From Haplodiscus bocki (taxonomy: Eukaryota), in assembly GCA_965655095.1 (NCBI GenBank), contig OZ296657.1, positions 44,082,001 through 44,146,000 on the forward strand: a stretch of DNA of 64,000 bases, written 5' to 3'. Position numbers and translations under genes: made by a program. Below are positions 34,741 to 49,200 of this stretch, piece by piece. The notes beneath the pieces were generated by a model. That model searched no databases. It was not told the origin of the DNA and saw only the letters and a program-made list of their open reading frames with translations. Position 1 is the first letter of the stretch. Every line of letters starts with the position of its first letter.

Positions 34741-37586
34741 GCTTTTTTCCCACGAAACAGAATCTGTGATTATGAACAAATATGGCAATGGAACGAAAGT
34801 GGTTTTGAAGATCCTGAATCATTTGGACTGCAGGACAAATTTTCTAGGCTTAGGCACTTATGCTTGACTATCTGCTTAGTTTGAAGCAATGAAATCATCT
34901 CGAACCAGAAGCGAGAAACAGCTTTTCAATCTCAGTGAAGCTTTTTAGACAGCTAGCTTGAGAGCATCCCTCATGGCCAAAATGCAGAACTTTAGCTTGG
35001 TGAAGAAATATCTGCTCACAATGTTTCTATGCGAATCTAAAACTGTCAGACTTGAATCCAAAATTACTGAGAATGGTAACTAGCGTCTGCAGTGAAAAAC
35101 GAAAAACGCCCACTATTCAGTCTTTTTTTACCTACTAAGTTCAAACTGAAATTTGGTTTAATTTCAAAGGGATGAATCTATGATGCGCAAAGTAAAAAAT
35201 TTTTAGAAAATGTCCAATTTTGTGTTTCAGGAGAAAACCAAAGAAATCAGCAGCTGCGTCACAGCGAATAGTAAAATTGCATGGAACACATGTATCACAA
35301 ACACGCTGCCAAAACAGAAATGGACTGAAATTGGTGTTTCGTAATGGAACACTGCGGTTTCTTTTCTTGATGGTACTATAGTTGAGAGGTTGCCAAAAAG
35401 CGTCGCAAATTGAGTGTTATGGGATCCACTCTCTGCTCTTCTAACGTTTGCATCGCCCTTTGTTACCCGTTGAAGTACACTACCTTTTCAACGTTCGAAA
35501 AGCTTATCGGTATAGATAAAACTGTGGATTTAAACACTCAACAGAAGCAACAAGCTTCTCTTCTCGCATTGGAAAGTCGAAAATAAAACAAAAATTCTTG
35601 AAAACTCACTGTTGCAATTGAGGCTCAAAACGTTCCTGACTGAAGCATCTAGGAAAACACTTAAAGCATAAGAAAAGGAAGACCCGTTTTAACAGGAGGG
35701 GGCATTCCTAGGATTCTCGATTTATGGTTTCTAAAAACCAGTCCTTTTTAGTTTGCATTCCTAAACCGCTTTTCTACAACACGAAAATCAGTTTTGCTTT
35801 TTATTGTGATTACCTTGGACGTGTTTTGAGCCGATTTTAGAAACAAGCCGAAAAAATGCGAAATATGAAAATTGAATCACTGACGAGAATTCTTCCGACG
35901 CACTCTCAGTATTTTTTCCTGACCCATCAACAGCTTCAAATATTGAGCTGCCACTTGTGGATACTTTAGCCAAACTTAATAATTGATAAGTTTTATTAGG
36001 AACTTGGAACAGTGCAGGGAGACATTTAGTAACTCACACAGCGCTGTTTCTTGTGTTAACTCAGATCAAGTGAAGGTTGTTAGTGTCATACATTTCGACT
36101 TCACCAAAAGATCCACTGATCAAAATAAAACACCAGCTTGCTTCCGTAAAGCAGTTTTCAACAATGGTTTCTTAAGCCTAATTTTCCCATTCGATTGGTT
36201 TTGAGAAGGCAAAACCTAGTGTTCTAGAATACCGTGTTTGGACATTGATCTTTCTTAACTGCTGACAAATATCACACAAGTGTTTTATTTCAGCGCAAAA
36301 CAGTTTCAAGTTGTCAAGTGACGCCCAGTGATTCGTTAAATTACTTGATTTTTTGATTCCTTTGTTAAAAAGTTTGAAACGAAATGGGCCGACTTTAGGA
36401 AGCTTGAACACTGCTCCTTCTTGAGTTCAAAAAGGTCAATTGAACTTTTATTGTTAGCATCAAAAACGCCAACTTGTTCGAGTATCCCACTGATCGAAAC
36501 AAGACAGCAGATTGCTTCTGCGGCAGCAGTATTCAAAAGTTATTTCAGCCAACTTATTTTCAAACCCGATTTGTGTTGGGAAGGCAGAAGCGAAGTTTTG
36601 AAAAAGTCACTGCTTGGATTGTTGTTAACTGCTGTAAAACAAGATTTCGTAGAAAAAAAATCACGCGAGATTCTCAGTTTTGCTTTCGACGCTGATTGGA
36701 GAACTCTCTTTAGGCCTCTGGCCTCGTCTAATATACGATGCTGTGAGTATGCAGTGATAAGTAGAGTGAATTTTTTCACGAGAACTCAATTTTTTTGCAA
36801 AAAGTTGTGTCATATTTGGATGGGATTTTTACTGTTGTGTTTTTGGATGCAAACAGAACTTCATGAATCATAATTTGTGTCGTACGATGGTTAAAAGTTT
36901 TTTGTTGGTACCGACTTCGGAACAAGATTTGGATAAGTTGAGCTTTCAAGCATCTGTTTAGGCTTCTGTTTTCGAGCTCGAACTGTTTTGTACACCAAGT
37001 GTTCAGTTGATAACAGATGCCTATAACCACCGTTTTTCATGTAGTTTCAAAGAACAAAGTTTTTTCGATTGATTCAGGAGTTTGCAGGGAACTTTTCACT
37101 GTTTTGAAACTGGCTGTTGGATTGCTGAACAGTTTTAAAACCAACGTTTTTCAAGTGAGTCACCCGGGACTTTTTTTCGTGTCAGCTTGCAGAAGAAAGT
37201 TTTTTCAAGAAATTTTGTTTCCAGCTATGGTGGAACTTACTTTGGATTGTTGTCACTGTGCCGTTTGGGGTTCAATAGACAACGCAATGTTTTCTTTCAA
37301 TTATTTTTTGAGGTTTGAATTCTAATTTTCTGTTTCTGATGTTAACTTCATGAAATCACAACCTTCTTCGGAAGGTCTTTTGTTTTAAGTTGATATCTAA
37401 TTGACGTCAATCAGTTTCTCCAACGCGGATTTTGGACTTGCCCAAAACTTTACCTAGTTCAGCTCTGGATTTCACATCAGTTGCGCAAGTAAAACTATAA
37501 CCTTTTCTGCCTCAAAAAGCAAGAATTGTGGCGTTCTGAGGGAGACTTTGGCTTTAAAGTAGCTTGAGGCTAACGTTAGTGTTCCA
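34741..37586 (-). repeat. Right arm of a ~2.85-kb inverted repeat
   Basis: See left arm; the spacer is 33890-34740. Confidence 0.95.
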
Positions 37587-40240
37587 ACGCATTTAGCTTA
37601 CAAATGGATGACTCAAGTGCCTGGCCTCGCTCCCAGCATCAAGTCTTGCTGACAAGCCAGGCCAACTTCGGAGAACATTAGTTCCTCAAAGCAGCACTTA
37701 CGTTCACGGACCAAAAAATTTGAACTGTAAAAGTGTACACACTTGGTTCCTCTGAAAAAGACCTCAATTCGAAACAAGAGATCCAAAATCCGTCCATTTC
37801 CATTGTAATTGCGAGAGAGATCTAAAATGGAAAATAGGACTGAATTCATGAGAGAAATGGCATAAAAGAAAGACATCTGGAGCAAACTAGAATTTCCATC
37901 TGAAGTTTACGTTGTCGGTGTTTTGAAACTAAAGACGTTCATAGACTGAGGATGTATGTTTTCACTCCGGACTTGACACTATCAAGTTATGCAATGCGTT
38001 GTGTCTGTTCAAGAAGAAAATCTATAGCTTCTAACCCGCGACTCGGAAGAAGCTTCCAACAAAAACGTTGTTTGATTTCACAGAAAAATCTCAAAGACTC
38101 GTTTGTTTGAAATTGTACTTCAGTAACTGTCTCTCAAATTGAAAAAAAAATTTGACTAGTAGGAAGGCACACGCAGTGTCAGAAATACTGTACAAAAAAC
38201 TGTAATTTTATAAATTATTCGTACTCGTACAGGAACGCAGTGTAATTCAGGAAGCAAAACTGTAATGAAGTGGAATTAGTGCAGAGGAAAATCAATTTAG
38301 CTGGTTAATTTGGAGCTGACTGTAGCTTCCCAGTCAAATATGGAGGTAAATCCTTAAAAATGTATATGATGGTCAAGTTTGCCGGTCACAAAATTCCAAA
38401 ATAAAAACTTCAGAGTTTCGAAACAGATGTTTTCCACATTTTTAATAGACAAAAACCGCTTCAAGTGATAGTAACAGCTAGTACATACCACGGTTAAAAA
38501 ATGCGAAGACCCTACTTGCTGTCGTTTACAGTGCCTACCCATACCATACTGTCATTCACTTGCTCAATGTACCCATCCATGAAAAGCATTTCTGTAAGAG
38601 GGACTCTTAGGTTGTTCACAAACGTACCTCGTCTTTGGAACCTGTTTTAAGCTTGATGAGGTATCAAAAGTTTTCCGACAACTTTTTCCACTGACTATCG
38701 ATCCAGAGATAAGGTAATACTTCGGTAAAACCTAAGTAGGGTTGATCTATAACTGATTGGTGAGAAAGTGGTTTTTAAGAAAGGACTGAAATTGTAGATC
38801 AATGACCTTTTCAAGGTTTTTTGGGTTAAAAAAGATGTTAGTCCTCGGTTGATTCCCGGGTTTATCTTCGATATTATAATTTTTGAAAGTTGGTAAAAAA
38901 TACCATGTTTAGTTTCTCCAGAAAAGTAGCAATTTTTAAGACTTGAAGTAATACTATCGTAAAGTGTTCGACGAGAAAAGGAACTTTCTTCCAAATAGGC
39001 AATGCCAGAACCTGGACAATTTGGAATGCAACAGATACCACTGAAAAAAACCTGAACGAAAACAAAGTTTTTACGTTAATCTTTTGAAAAATTCTGAAGA
39101 GGCACCTTCTTTAGCGATGCAAAGTCACCATGGGTCGCAAGGATATTGGAAACGAACTCATTTTTTGGAGAAGAAGTTTATATAAATGTTTTGGCTCTAT
39201 CATATCTATGAATTGCCGAGATCGAGTCTGTTTGGTCATCAGAGCCCGCAAAAAAACAATTCCAAGGAACTTTGTTTCGATATCATCAGCATTAGCAAGT
39301 GGAGCGTCACGAAATGTATCTCACTGTCTTTATTCAGAAAGAAAAATTTTATACCAATTCGATGAATCAGCTGGTCAAGGTTGGAACTTATATAGAGTTT
39401 TTCACGTTGGCATTTTATATTTCTAGAATTCGTTAGCTCGGAATCAGAAAAAGGACAATTGTGATTATGAAGAAGTGTTTTTCGGACACCGGCCATTTGC
39501 TCAGAATTAGCATTTAAATATGGAAGGTTTCAAAAAAGTTGAAGTGGGCTCACCCACTTCAGATTTTTTAAACCTCGAATCAAACTTTTCACTGAGGAGA
39601 CATACGATCAGATCTTCTGGGTCTCCTTAGATTACGATAAACTTAGTACAAACAACCGTGGTATCAAAGAATAACAGAAGTTTAGCGCTTTGAGATCAGG
39701 AATGACAAAAACATGGCAGACTTATCCACACAATCGGTTGCCATCACTAGGACGAGAACGTTACTTTATTATCTTTAGCAGGCTCGACAGACTGATGTTA
39801 TCTAAACTCGGAGAAACTTTGAAGAAAATCCATTGACCTGTGACACTTTTTATAGACGTGGGTATTGAACTCACCACAACATAAGAACCCTTTATATAAA
39901 CCTCAAAAAAGTTCCGAAAACCGTCGAAGTGTTATTTATAGGGCCAGAGGCTGGCTTTTAGTATTTTTTAGGAATCGAACGGAAAAATAACAAAAAGACA
40001 GAGCACACAAGTACTTGAAGGTTGGCCTTACAGCTGCATTGCCACCACGGGAAAAAAGGGTCTTGAAACAAAGGAGTAAAATGTAGGAACACAGTCATCA
40101 GTGATAAATTGTCATCTAAATCATTCAACCAAGTTTGAGTTACCATGACGAGATCAGAAACTGCTGAGAAGTTTACGGAAAGATGAAAAAAGATTTTTAG
40201 TCCTGACAGACCTTGCATTTAAAATCTAGAAATTATATGA
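37050..40240 (-). mobile_element. Decayed CR1/L2-type LINE (APE endonuclease plus RT relic)
   Basis: LNARSVRTK and DLVMVTQTWL (APE N-terminus, ~40130-40230); YRSTLL (NYRPISL-like); TKCVHF; MRWN post-RT motif running into the inverted-repeat arm. Confidence 0.6.
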
Positions 40241-41399
40241 TGTAATTTTTGATGACTTTTGTGGTAGAGGTCTAAACCGATCTTGTAATTTTTATTATAG
40301 CCTCAATCTGCCAGTAATGATTTTTTAATGCCAAAGAAGACGATCTTCAATTTCATATGTCCTGTCACTGTATCGACAAGGATTCGAGTTCAGTTTTCAG
40401 TCATCACATGATGCTTTCCAGATGTGAAGGAAGTTCAGGGCCGTAATATCAGAAGAAAGAATGACAGTGTTGTTTCATTCTTTCGAGATTCTTCCCACCA
40501 ACACATATTTGCCCGGCGAGGGCCTTGGTGAAGGCTATTTTTGTTTGTTTTTCCCGAGATGCCAATCTCTAGTTCTTCTTTAATTCACCTCGGTACACTT
40601 TTCAGCTTGGGAACTGTAAAAGACACCACCCGACCTCGTTTTGACAAAATCATGTTTCTTTTGATATAGTAGCTTTGTCACCAACATCGTGATGCTTAAT
40701 AGTAGTTACAGCTTTCAACTAAAGACCAGGTTCAAAGGAGTAACCGCATTCGTTTCAACAGTTTCACTTCAATTTTGCTGTCCGACACTGTTCAAGACAG
40801 ATCACTAAGGTTTTTTTTATCTGAAGCAGTTCACACAGCTATTGCTAAAGTTCTTCAAAAGTGTCCTGAACTCTTTTACGAGGAGTTTCCTTATTAACGG
40901 ACTTCTAAAAGCAAGATTTTCATCTGAAAAACAAACACCCGGCTTTATATTACGACATATGGAATCTGAGACGCAGATGTCACCCAGAGAAAATTTTGTG
41001 ATACCAGCCACCACATAGATGACTCACTCAACAATCCCATCAATTTTTTCAGTGATCCACTTCAGCTGTTTCATTCACCGTTGTTGCTTCAGCTGACACC
41101 GATGCAACCTAGGAAGGTTTGCCGATTGCGGCGATTGTAACAGTTGCCCAAATTAGTAGCACTTCTCCAGAGTTCCAACGATTTATTTGAAAAACATATT
41201 TTGGGAAACACAAGGCCATTCTTTAAAATTAGTAGAAAAAATTGGGCTTCTACTGTTTTGTTCACGATCCATTGTTCATTGGTTGTTACTCTCTTCATTT
41301 TCATGAAAGACAAAGAAGCCATCACGCAAAAAAGATTGTTTTTCTATTACCAACAAAAACTTTTTGTCATATTTCATGTGTTAGGGAATCAGGAAGAGC

Positions 41400-43700
41400 C
41401 ATTCAGTAAACTACATCAGATGTTTGAGAGACCGACTCTCAGAAACTGCTTCCAATCCTGGTTACTTCAAAAAATGTACTTCATTCCGGCTGTGGTAACC
41501 GGACGCACCTATCGTGATGAAAGGCTTATTTGTGCAATCAGCGTGTGGTAGATTGTGAAAGATCAAAAACGAGAGGGTACAGACTTTGTCGTTGATCCTT
41601 TTGTCAAATGGCAGGTAGTGTAGCTTCTGCAATACTGGCCGTGTTTTTCTGTACTTATCAATCATTAAAATGAGCCGAGCTGCTCCATTTTGAACTTTGT
41701 TGAGAATTTAGTACCAAGTATTGTAGACTCCCGTTCGAGAAAGATCTTCAATGATCCAGGCGACAGAAGACAAAAAACACAACAAAATTTTTTTAATGTT
41801 TCTTGCTCAGCGGATGTCCGATCAGAATGCTTTCCCGTAGACGATAATAACAAGTTGAACATAAACTGTTAACATATTTAGAAAGAGACAAAGTGCGATC
41901 AAAGAACTTTCTGGAAAGCTTTGTAGCATTCAATGTCCATGAGCCTTGGTCGTAAAACTTTTAAAGTACAGCTTTCAAAAACCCAACACTTGACACTAAC
42001 ATGCATTGCAAATTTGTACTTTTGACTTTCAGGTTAAGTTCAGATAAAAACCAAAAAGCCTGGTGCTCAAGACGTAATTAGCAGAATCAATTGAGTCACG
42101 AATATTGAATAAATGTGTCATCGGAAAACTTTAAAAAATTCACTACATGGTCGCGTAGTAATCCACACAACCAAATCAAACAAGACACATACAGGAGTGG
42201 CCCCAGCACAGAGCCCTGTGGAACTTCTCTTGGAGCGTTTCTATGGATAGAAACGTATTCAGCAATCAGTAATAACCGAATTGGATCTGCTGAAACGATT
42301 GACTGGAACTATGGTTACTTCATAGACAAAAACTTTTGTAAAAAACTTTAGCTGAAGATCAATAACCCACTTTCCAAACGCAACGAAAACTCTGGGCTAA
42401 TTGCTAGGAAAACTTCACACTGCTTTGTTTTAAGCAATAAGGTATTAAAAAAACGTAAAAATCAGTTTCGAGGCTTTGTAGGACAATTTTAAGGGGTTAG
42501 TTGAAATGCAGTGAATGGAGAAATGAAAAAGACAGGCAACTAGTGTTGCTCCAGCCTTTCAGAAGATAGAGAACTCGTGAGTAGCCACTATTTCACACGG
42601 TAATTATGAGCACCACTTTTCAGAACTAGAGCTTATCTTGCAGTGTCTCAGAGCAGACGGAAAACACCTTTTTCGAAGGACATGTTTACTTTTTCATTCA
42701 GAGCTTTCAATCTGAACGGGATGGGGGTGATTAACGTAATGGTCAAAAATTGTCCGGCTTGTGGGGCAGATGACAACTGTTTTATAGACCAAGAGGTATC
42801 ATAATCAAGTATAGCAGTTTTTTAGGGAAGGTTTTACTCTGAAGTTGGAACAAAACTTCAAACGTCCACATTTGACCGTTCCAAAAGTTTGAATTTATCA
42901 ATCACGTTATTGAAAAAATATCATTGCACTTTTCTGACAAAATTCTTTTTGAGGTTGTTCGGTTGAGAAGAGCAACCTTCCTTGTACAAAAAAAATTCTC
43001 AATTGTTGAAAATGTTAGCGGAAATGAAAGAACAGACATCAGTTTTGATTTCAAGTGGCATGTTTGCCTATGAAAAGTTCATCAAATTATTGAACTCTAG
43101 CTTGTTTGAACAAAAAAAAGGGCGTCATTTATTTGGCCACTGTAGAGGCGTTCCAATTTCCCTCATTTGTTTTCGCAGTGACCATGGCTGGATCAAAGAA
43201 GGAAAAATTGTGCTCAGAAAAAATCTTAATTCCGCTAAAATTACTTGAATATCTTTTGAATTCTTGAATCACTCACAAACCATATCCATTACACTACTCG
43301 TTTTTGTATCAACCTTATTGAGTAACACAAAAAAACCAAGGTCTTGTTTACAAGAAAGATCTCCATACGCGACTGTTTTCCGTTTTCTCGTCCAGAAAAC
43401 ACTTGAAGGATTGCAAGAATTTGAAACAATTTTGCTTGGAAAAAGAACCGAGCAAAAAAACATAGCGAGTGGAATTCCAAAAAAAAATCTTTTTGTCCAA
43501 AGGTACAAATCGAAAAAAACTCCAAGCGTGTTGCCATTTGAGTGGGTGCCAAACGATACCAACTGGGTTAACCCATGTTGATTGAGAGTATCAGATCACT
43601 CATGAGGATGATTTGTTTGATTTATGGCGTGCGGAATTTTATTTCCAGAAAAACATCCAACAAAGATAGAATTTCACAAGTAATTGAAAAATCCTCAAAA
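41400..43700 (-). mobile_element. Decayed L2/CR1 LINE RT relic
   Basis: EVPQGSVLGPLL (~42190-42230), FSDDT (~42120), and the L2-type C-terminal PVLQKLHYLPFDKRI. Confidence 0.7.
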
Positions 43701-46041
43701 GAAAAGACAACATCACTATCAGGTGTTGGATAAAAGATTACTATATCCAATGAAGGCCTTTAGCTCACTTCTATGTGAAGATAGACATATTGACAGCTAA
43801 AAAATGAAAGTCCAATATTGACATGATACAAAAACCTGGAACCAAAAGTGGTATCTCCACCAATAGACAAGAGAGTAAGTTGGCGTGCCATTCTAAATAC
43901 AGTCAGCATCCGGAAAACAATGGTAAAAGTGAAATTCATCTGAGACTGTCGTCCAACTCTCTGTGTTTGTCAAAAAAACCAAAAATGGAAGAAGATACTA
44001 CAGAGAAGGTCTCGAAATCCTAATTTTTGCAAGACCTAGCATTAATCAGGGAACAAAGACATAATGAAACTTTATATAGTCAGTTTTCTTATTTGTATTG
44101 CAATCTAGCGTATACTTCAAACCCCTGTCGGGCAGCATCTTGTAACCTATACCTTCTTACCACAGCATCGATAGGCCAGCAACGAGGTTCATCATTATCA
44201 GCTACAACTATTTGACAAAATGCTTTGAAGGGTTGAAACTGAATATTCTGACAGGATATTTTTCGGAATAGCTATAATCTCACTAGTTTTTGAGTACAAT
44301 TGTCCTTCAATTTTTCAACACCGGCATCAATTGACTTTCTATCAAGATAGATATAACTACTAGGTGGCAAACAGATACCATTCAGAGAAGATATCGCTTT
44401 AGAGGCACCAAGTTCAGAACGTATCTTTAAGACAAGCTTTTTTTCAAACATTTGTTGGGTTTCGGTACTTCCACTAAATTGGTAATGCAAATATTTGAGT
44501 CGTGCATGTAAAAACTCCACAGCCGGCTATGATGCCTTTGAAACTAATAAATTTGTACGGTTTTCATGATTGCACTCTGAGGGATTTTCAGCCTGTTTCG
44601 TGTTTAATACAAAAAAAATTAGAATCCGACAGGTGACATCACTTTGTAAATGCTTTACTTAAAGGAATTTTCCCCAATTTTTTTTGGGCATAGTGGTATG
44701 AAGCATGTCTGGGAATTGATTCTATCGTACTATCCATGGAATATTTCAGCGAACCTTTTCAAAAACTTTGCCACAACAACATGAATTAAGCCCAAAAATT
44801 AATATTTAACTTCAATGTTTCTAACGGCAGATAGCTGATCCGCTTCGAGCCCAAATCATCCTGTATCATACCACAAACCACATATATCATATGCGATGCA
44901 CTTTCGGTTCGGTTCGGCTCCCACACCGCAGTGAGCGTATGTGCCTCCACCAACGGAGCCGCGTCCCCATCTGGCATGGAGCATTGATCACAAGCTTCTC
45001 TGAAGCTTCTTTAAATCTTCATTTCAATAATAAAACTGTAGTGGTGACTCAGTGGATTTTTTAACTATCGCTCCAAAACCTTGAAGGCGCTAAAATTTTT
45101 TTATCTCTTCAAAACGCCTAGCGCCGACAAAAATATCAGCTTTCATAAAACAATATTAACAAAAACAAATGAGATGGAGTGTAACCCGGGGATGAAGAAG
45201 AACGTAAACTTTGAAGGAAGTTTCTCGAGTTTTTTGAAATACTTTTTGGTGCTTTTTTCTGTACAAACGTAAGTGATTCTCCAGGTGCATTGGTTCTCTT
45301 CGTTCAACTGCTCGGTAGAACATGTGATTTGCACTTCCATAAAACTTGGTTTTGGGCGTTCTATGGTTGTTATATCCTCACCAATAGATTGTTTGAGGAT
45401 GGTGATTGAAAGGCATGCTCTCAGCCAGAAATCAATCAGTTGACTTTGTGTCCAGAAGTCATTCATGGGAGCGAATCTTCTCGCTTTTGCAACCTGTCGT
45501 TCGTCAATTCTTCTCAGTTACCGCTACATTTTCAAAGTGGTCAATCTTAAACTTGCTTTTGATGACCTCACTGGAAAGCAACAAGGCATTTAGTTCGTTA
45601 CATCTAGGAATTGAAAGTGTATCAGGATCTACCAGTTTTTCCTAGTAGCTGAGATATGGTGTTGTTATCCATCTCTTTCTCGTTTTTAAAACGTTTTCAA
45701 TTGCTTCAAGACCTTCTTCCAATATGTACAACTTTACATGTTTTCGTGGTTGCTGCCCAATAACTGTAGTACACAGATCTCTTTCTTCTCAACAGATGAA
45801 AAGACCTCATCGTTTCGCAGACGTGGATTTCAGCGTGTTCGGCACAAGTCAGACTTTCAACGACGCTGATTTCAAAGTCTGTTTGCAAATCCGGGTTGTT
45901 GAGATATAGTTGTTCACTTTTAACTTTCTTTCGCCTTTGAAGGTTGGCACCGTCCTCTTTTTGCTTTCAGACTCAACTTATTAGAAAGGAACCGTGGAGA
46001 TACAACCTTTCCAGCAGCTTCTCAATGTGTACTTTGATGAA

Positions 46042-46224
46042 GTCCCTTAGGAAGTCCAGATATAGAAGAGGCAGTTCAGCCGGTTCTAGACCTGTCTACA
46101 AGGTTTTCAAAAATTTTAAACTTTTAGCGTTTGCGTCCCTTAGGAAGTCCAGTGTAGAAGAGGCAGTTCAGCCAGTTCTAGACCTGTCTACAAGGTATTC
46201 AAAAATTTTGAACTTTTAGCGTTT
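46042..46224. repeat. 93-bp tandem duplication (2 units)
   Basis: gtcccttaggaagtccag...cttttagcgttt at 46042 and 46135 with few differences. Confidence 0.9.
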
Positions 46225-49200
46225 CGACTTGCTGTTAGGAAAGCTGCGTTGCTGAAAAATAATGCTTGGTTCAACGATTTGGGAGAAGTCTTTGAATGTT
46301 TTTGCCAACCTTTCGCTCACATTCCGAATGAATACAAAGCCTCACTATCTGCCAATGCAACGATAATCTCCATCTAGATAGAGGAATGCAAATGTTCTAT
46401 TCGTTCAGACTAATAGGAACACATGCCTGTTGCAAATGATACTGAAGTCAAAACACAGGTGTTTCCAAGACTGTTTGAAAAACCAATAACGTTTTCAATT
46501 TTTCTTTGAGGGTGACATGGTTGCATTTTGCTTTAATGGAATGTGAGTGTTACGCCACTTCTGATTCTCAGAAGTCGACTTCTTCCAAAAGGACAAAATT
46601 TGTCTTTTTGAGACTTCTCACACAGATACTTACTGTCAATCAAAATCAATCTCAAAATCTTATTGAAGTGGTTTTTTGTGGCTGCATTTTTGGCAATCTT
46701 AACTTTCCAGTACATGAGTGATGTTATTGAACTCTTGGTTTTGAGATACATCGTTTACTTCCTCATCTGTGGGAATTGACATTCTGCAAACAACTTTTCT
46801 TCAAACATTGTGAAGTGTTTTACAAGGGCCTTTTTCAACTCATCTGGCGCTAGCTGGTACATGGAGTACCTCAGAGCAAGAAAAATTTTTGGCTTGGTTT
46901 TTTTTCATGTTTAGCTTCCTTTTTTAAATCTTCTCCTGCTGGTAAATCAAAACGGTTGCTTTTGCCATTGCCTTGCCATGACTGACTGACAAAGATTTAC
47001 AAAAGCAAGAATAGATCAACTTGTACCACAGTTTTACATTTATGTAGACGGTATAATAGCAGTCTGATTGGGTAGGATGCAGTTCTATGTATGCTTGAAG
47101 TCTTTCCCGGTTGCCGCTTCGTACAGAAAATATGAGATGCCTCACCCACTCTCATTTTCATGAACTCTTCTGATATGGTGTGACAGTACTTCTTTTTCAT
47201 TTTGCACTGAGAAATGGAGGGCTATTTGATCTGTGATCTTTTTGTGATGAGAATATGCCTCACAATATAACAATGTCAATTCTATCCACTACCAAAATTT
47301 TTACTTTTTCTGTCAATGCGTGTTTGACTGAAATGGTTGCCTAAAAATGCATTCAGGACAAACTGTTCGTTTTTATCTCCGTACGTCTTTTTATCACAAA
47401 CAGTGTTTTCAAGATTCATGACCCCACATTGAAGCCATGGCTACAAAAATATATCAGTTTTGTGAGATGACATTGATCGATATTATTGCAGATTTCCTGC
47501 ACGGACTCGGCGTAATGGTTGTTTTTTGGAGGAGTGAAAATATGGAATTTGATACTTTTCCTCCTCTGTCTCTTTGGCAGTGGCAACCGTTTCTTCTTTT
47601 CCCACTCAACTTCTTTCGTGCTCGGTGTTTTTTCAATTCCAGAAATGACACGGTTTTGTTTGTTCAAACCTTTTTCACTGGGTATGTCTCGTCAATGTAT
47701 GTTGTACTCTTTATGAAAGTCTTATTCATTCAAGAATAAATCCACCGGACATATAATATGAGAGGCGTTTTGCAAAACGTTTTTCAGGAAAAACAATTTT
47801 CGCAGGAGGTCGCGAAATCTTCTTGTGGAAAAGAATAGAAGTTTCATTTCTCCTATTAGTCATTTTTTATCGGGTTTCTCGTCATATGCTTGTCTTTCGT
47901 TCGAGAGTTGTCATTTTTTCGTTTTCTATGTTCGTTCTTTTCTCCTCAATCCCTCCAGCTTCCATCGTCCATCATTACTTGTTGTTTTGAAATTCTACGT
48001 ACAGTTGTTGGATTTTGATCGTCTTGGGGTCCACACTTTTGTCCAAACACTTTTACTGAGCTGCACGTTTTTTCGTTTTCGTTCAGAATCACCTTCACCA
48101 AGAACCGGATTTGCAAAGACTGGTGTTACTTCTTTGGTTTTCTAGATCACCAGTCGTAGCGCTGATCGCCAAAGTTTGTCATGGCTGGTAAGTTTTTTTG
48201 TCCAAACAGTCATCACAAGAGTGACAAATGTCTTCAGGTTTCACAAGACTTGGACTTCCTTCTCTGAAAAACCAATGCTGTGAGATGTACTTTGAAATGA
48301 ACATCCGCACATACAACAAGAGGATTTTTCCTAACCATCTATTCGAAAAATCTTGTAAGATTTTTCATCTTACTGGAGACAAACGTTCATGCAAGACCAT
48401 GGTTTTAGAAAGCAAGGTCGGAACATCACACGAAAGGGACTCTAGGAGGAGAAAGTGACTCGTGAGATTAGTGAAGTATGGAGAAGGTTGACCAAATACT
48501 GATGCTTCCATTTAAAAATTTCCAACTGACGCTTCATTAGTTTCCACGCTTGAGTTGGCATCAAGTAAGGTACAAGCACTGGAGTGTTGTTTAGTCTTCG
48601 TTCGAGGAGACTTGTTAGCGTTTTGAGTTTAAACTTTAGATGTCGAAAACTGGAAAGTGCATTTGGTTAGCCATTGTTAGCTGATGATGAAAAAAGACTT
48701 GACTTGGACGGAATTTTTTATATTCTGCCGCTTTTTCGGTGTATTTTTGCGTGTTGATACGAAAAAATTTGAAAGCTGAACGATGACGATTCTTCATCCT
48801 TTGAGAGGTAGTACAGGGCGTTTGGAGCTCTTTTCTGATTCTAGATCATAGTGCTGACAACTTCCAGTTTTTTGATCTGTTTGAATAAGTCTTTGGCTTT
48901 GTTGTTTTTTTAAGGCGTCTTTGTTTGTCCTGAGAGGGATTACACTGCTGTTGACCACGTCGTGCTTCAGCACAATGTTTTTTTCGGGATTTTGTTTTTC
49001 AGCACGCGCTACACTGTTTTCTGGTTTTCGGAGGCTGGATTGAGCTTCAAACCAAGTAGAGTGGGAATTGACTTCTGGACATTTTCTGGATGCTTCTTTT
49101 TTGTCAGCTGATGGCGTGACGTAACCAACTTGCGGCCTTACTCCTTTGTTAAACGTTAGAAAACTAGAACTCGAAGGCCATCGTCGCAGCTCCACGAAAC

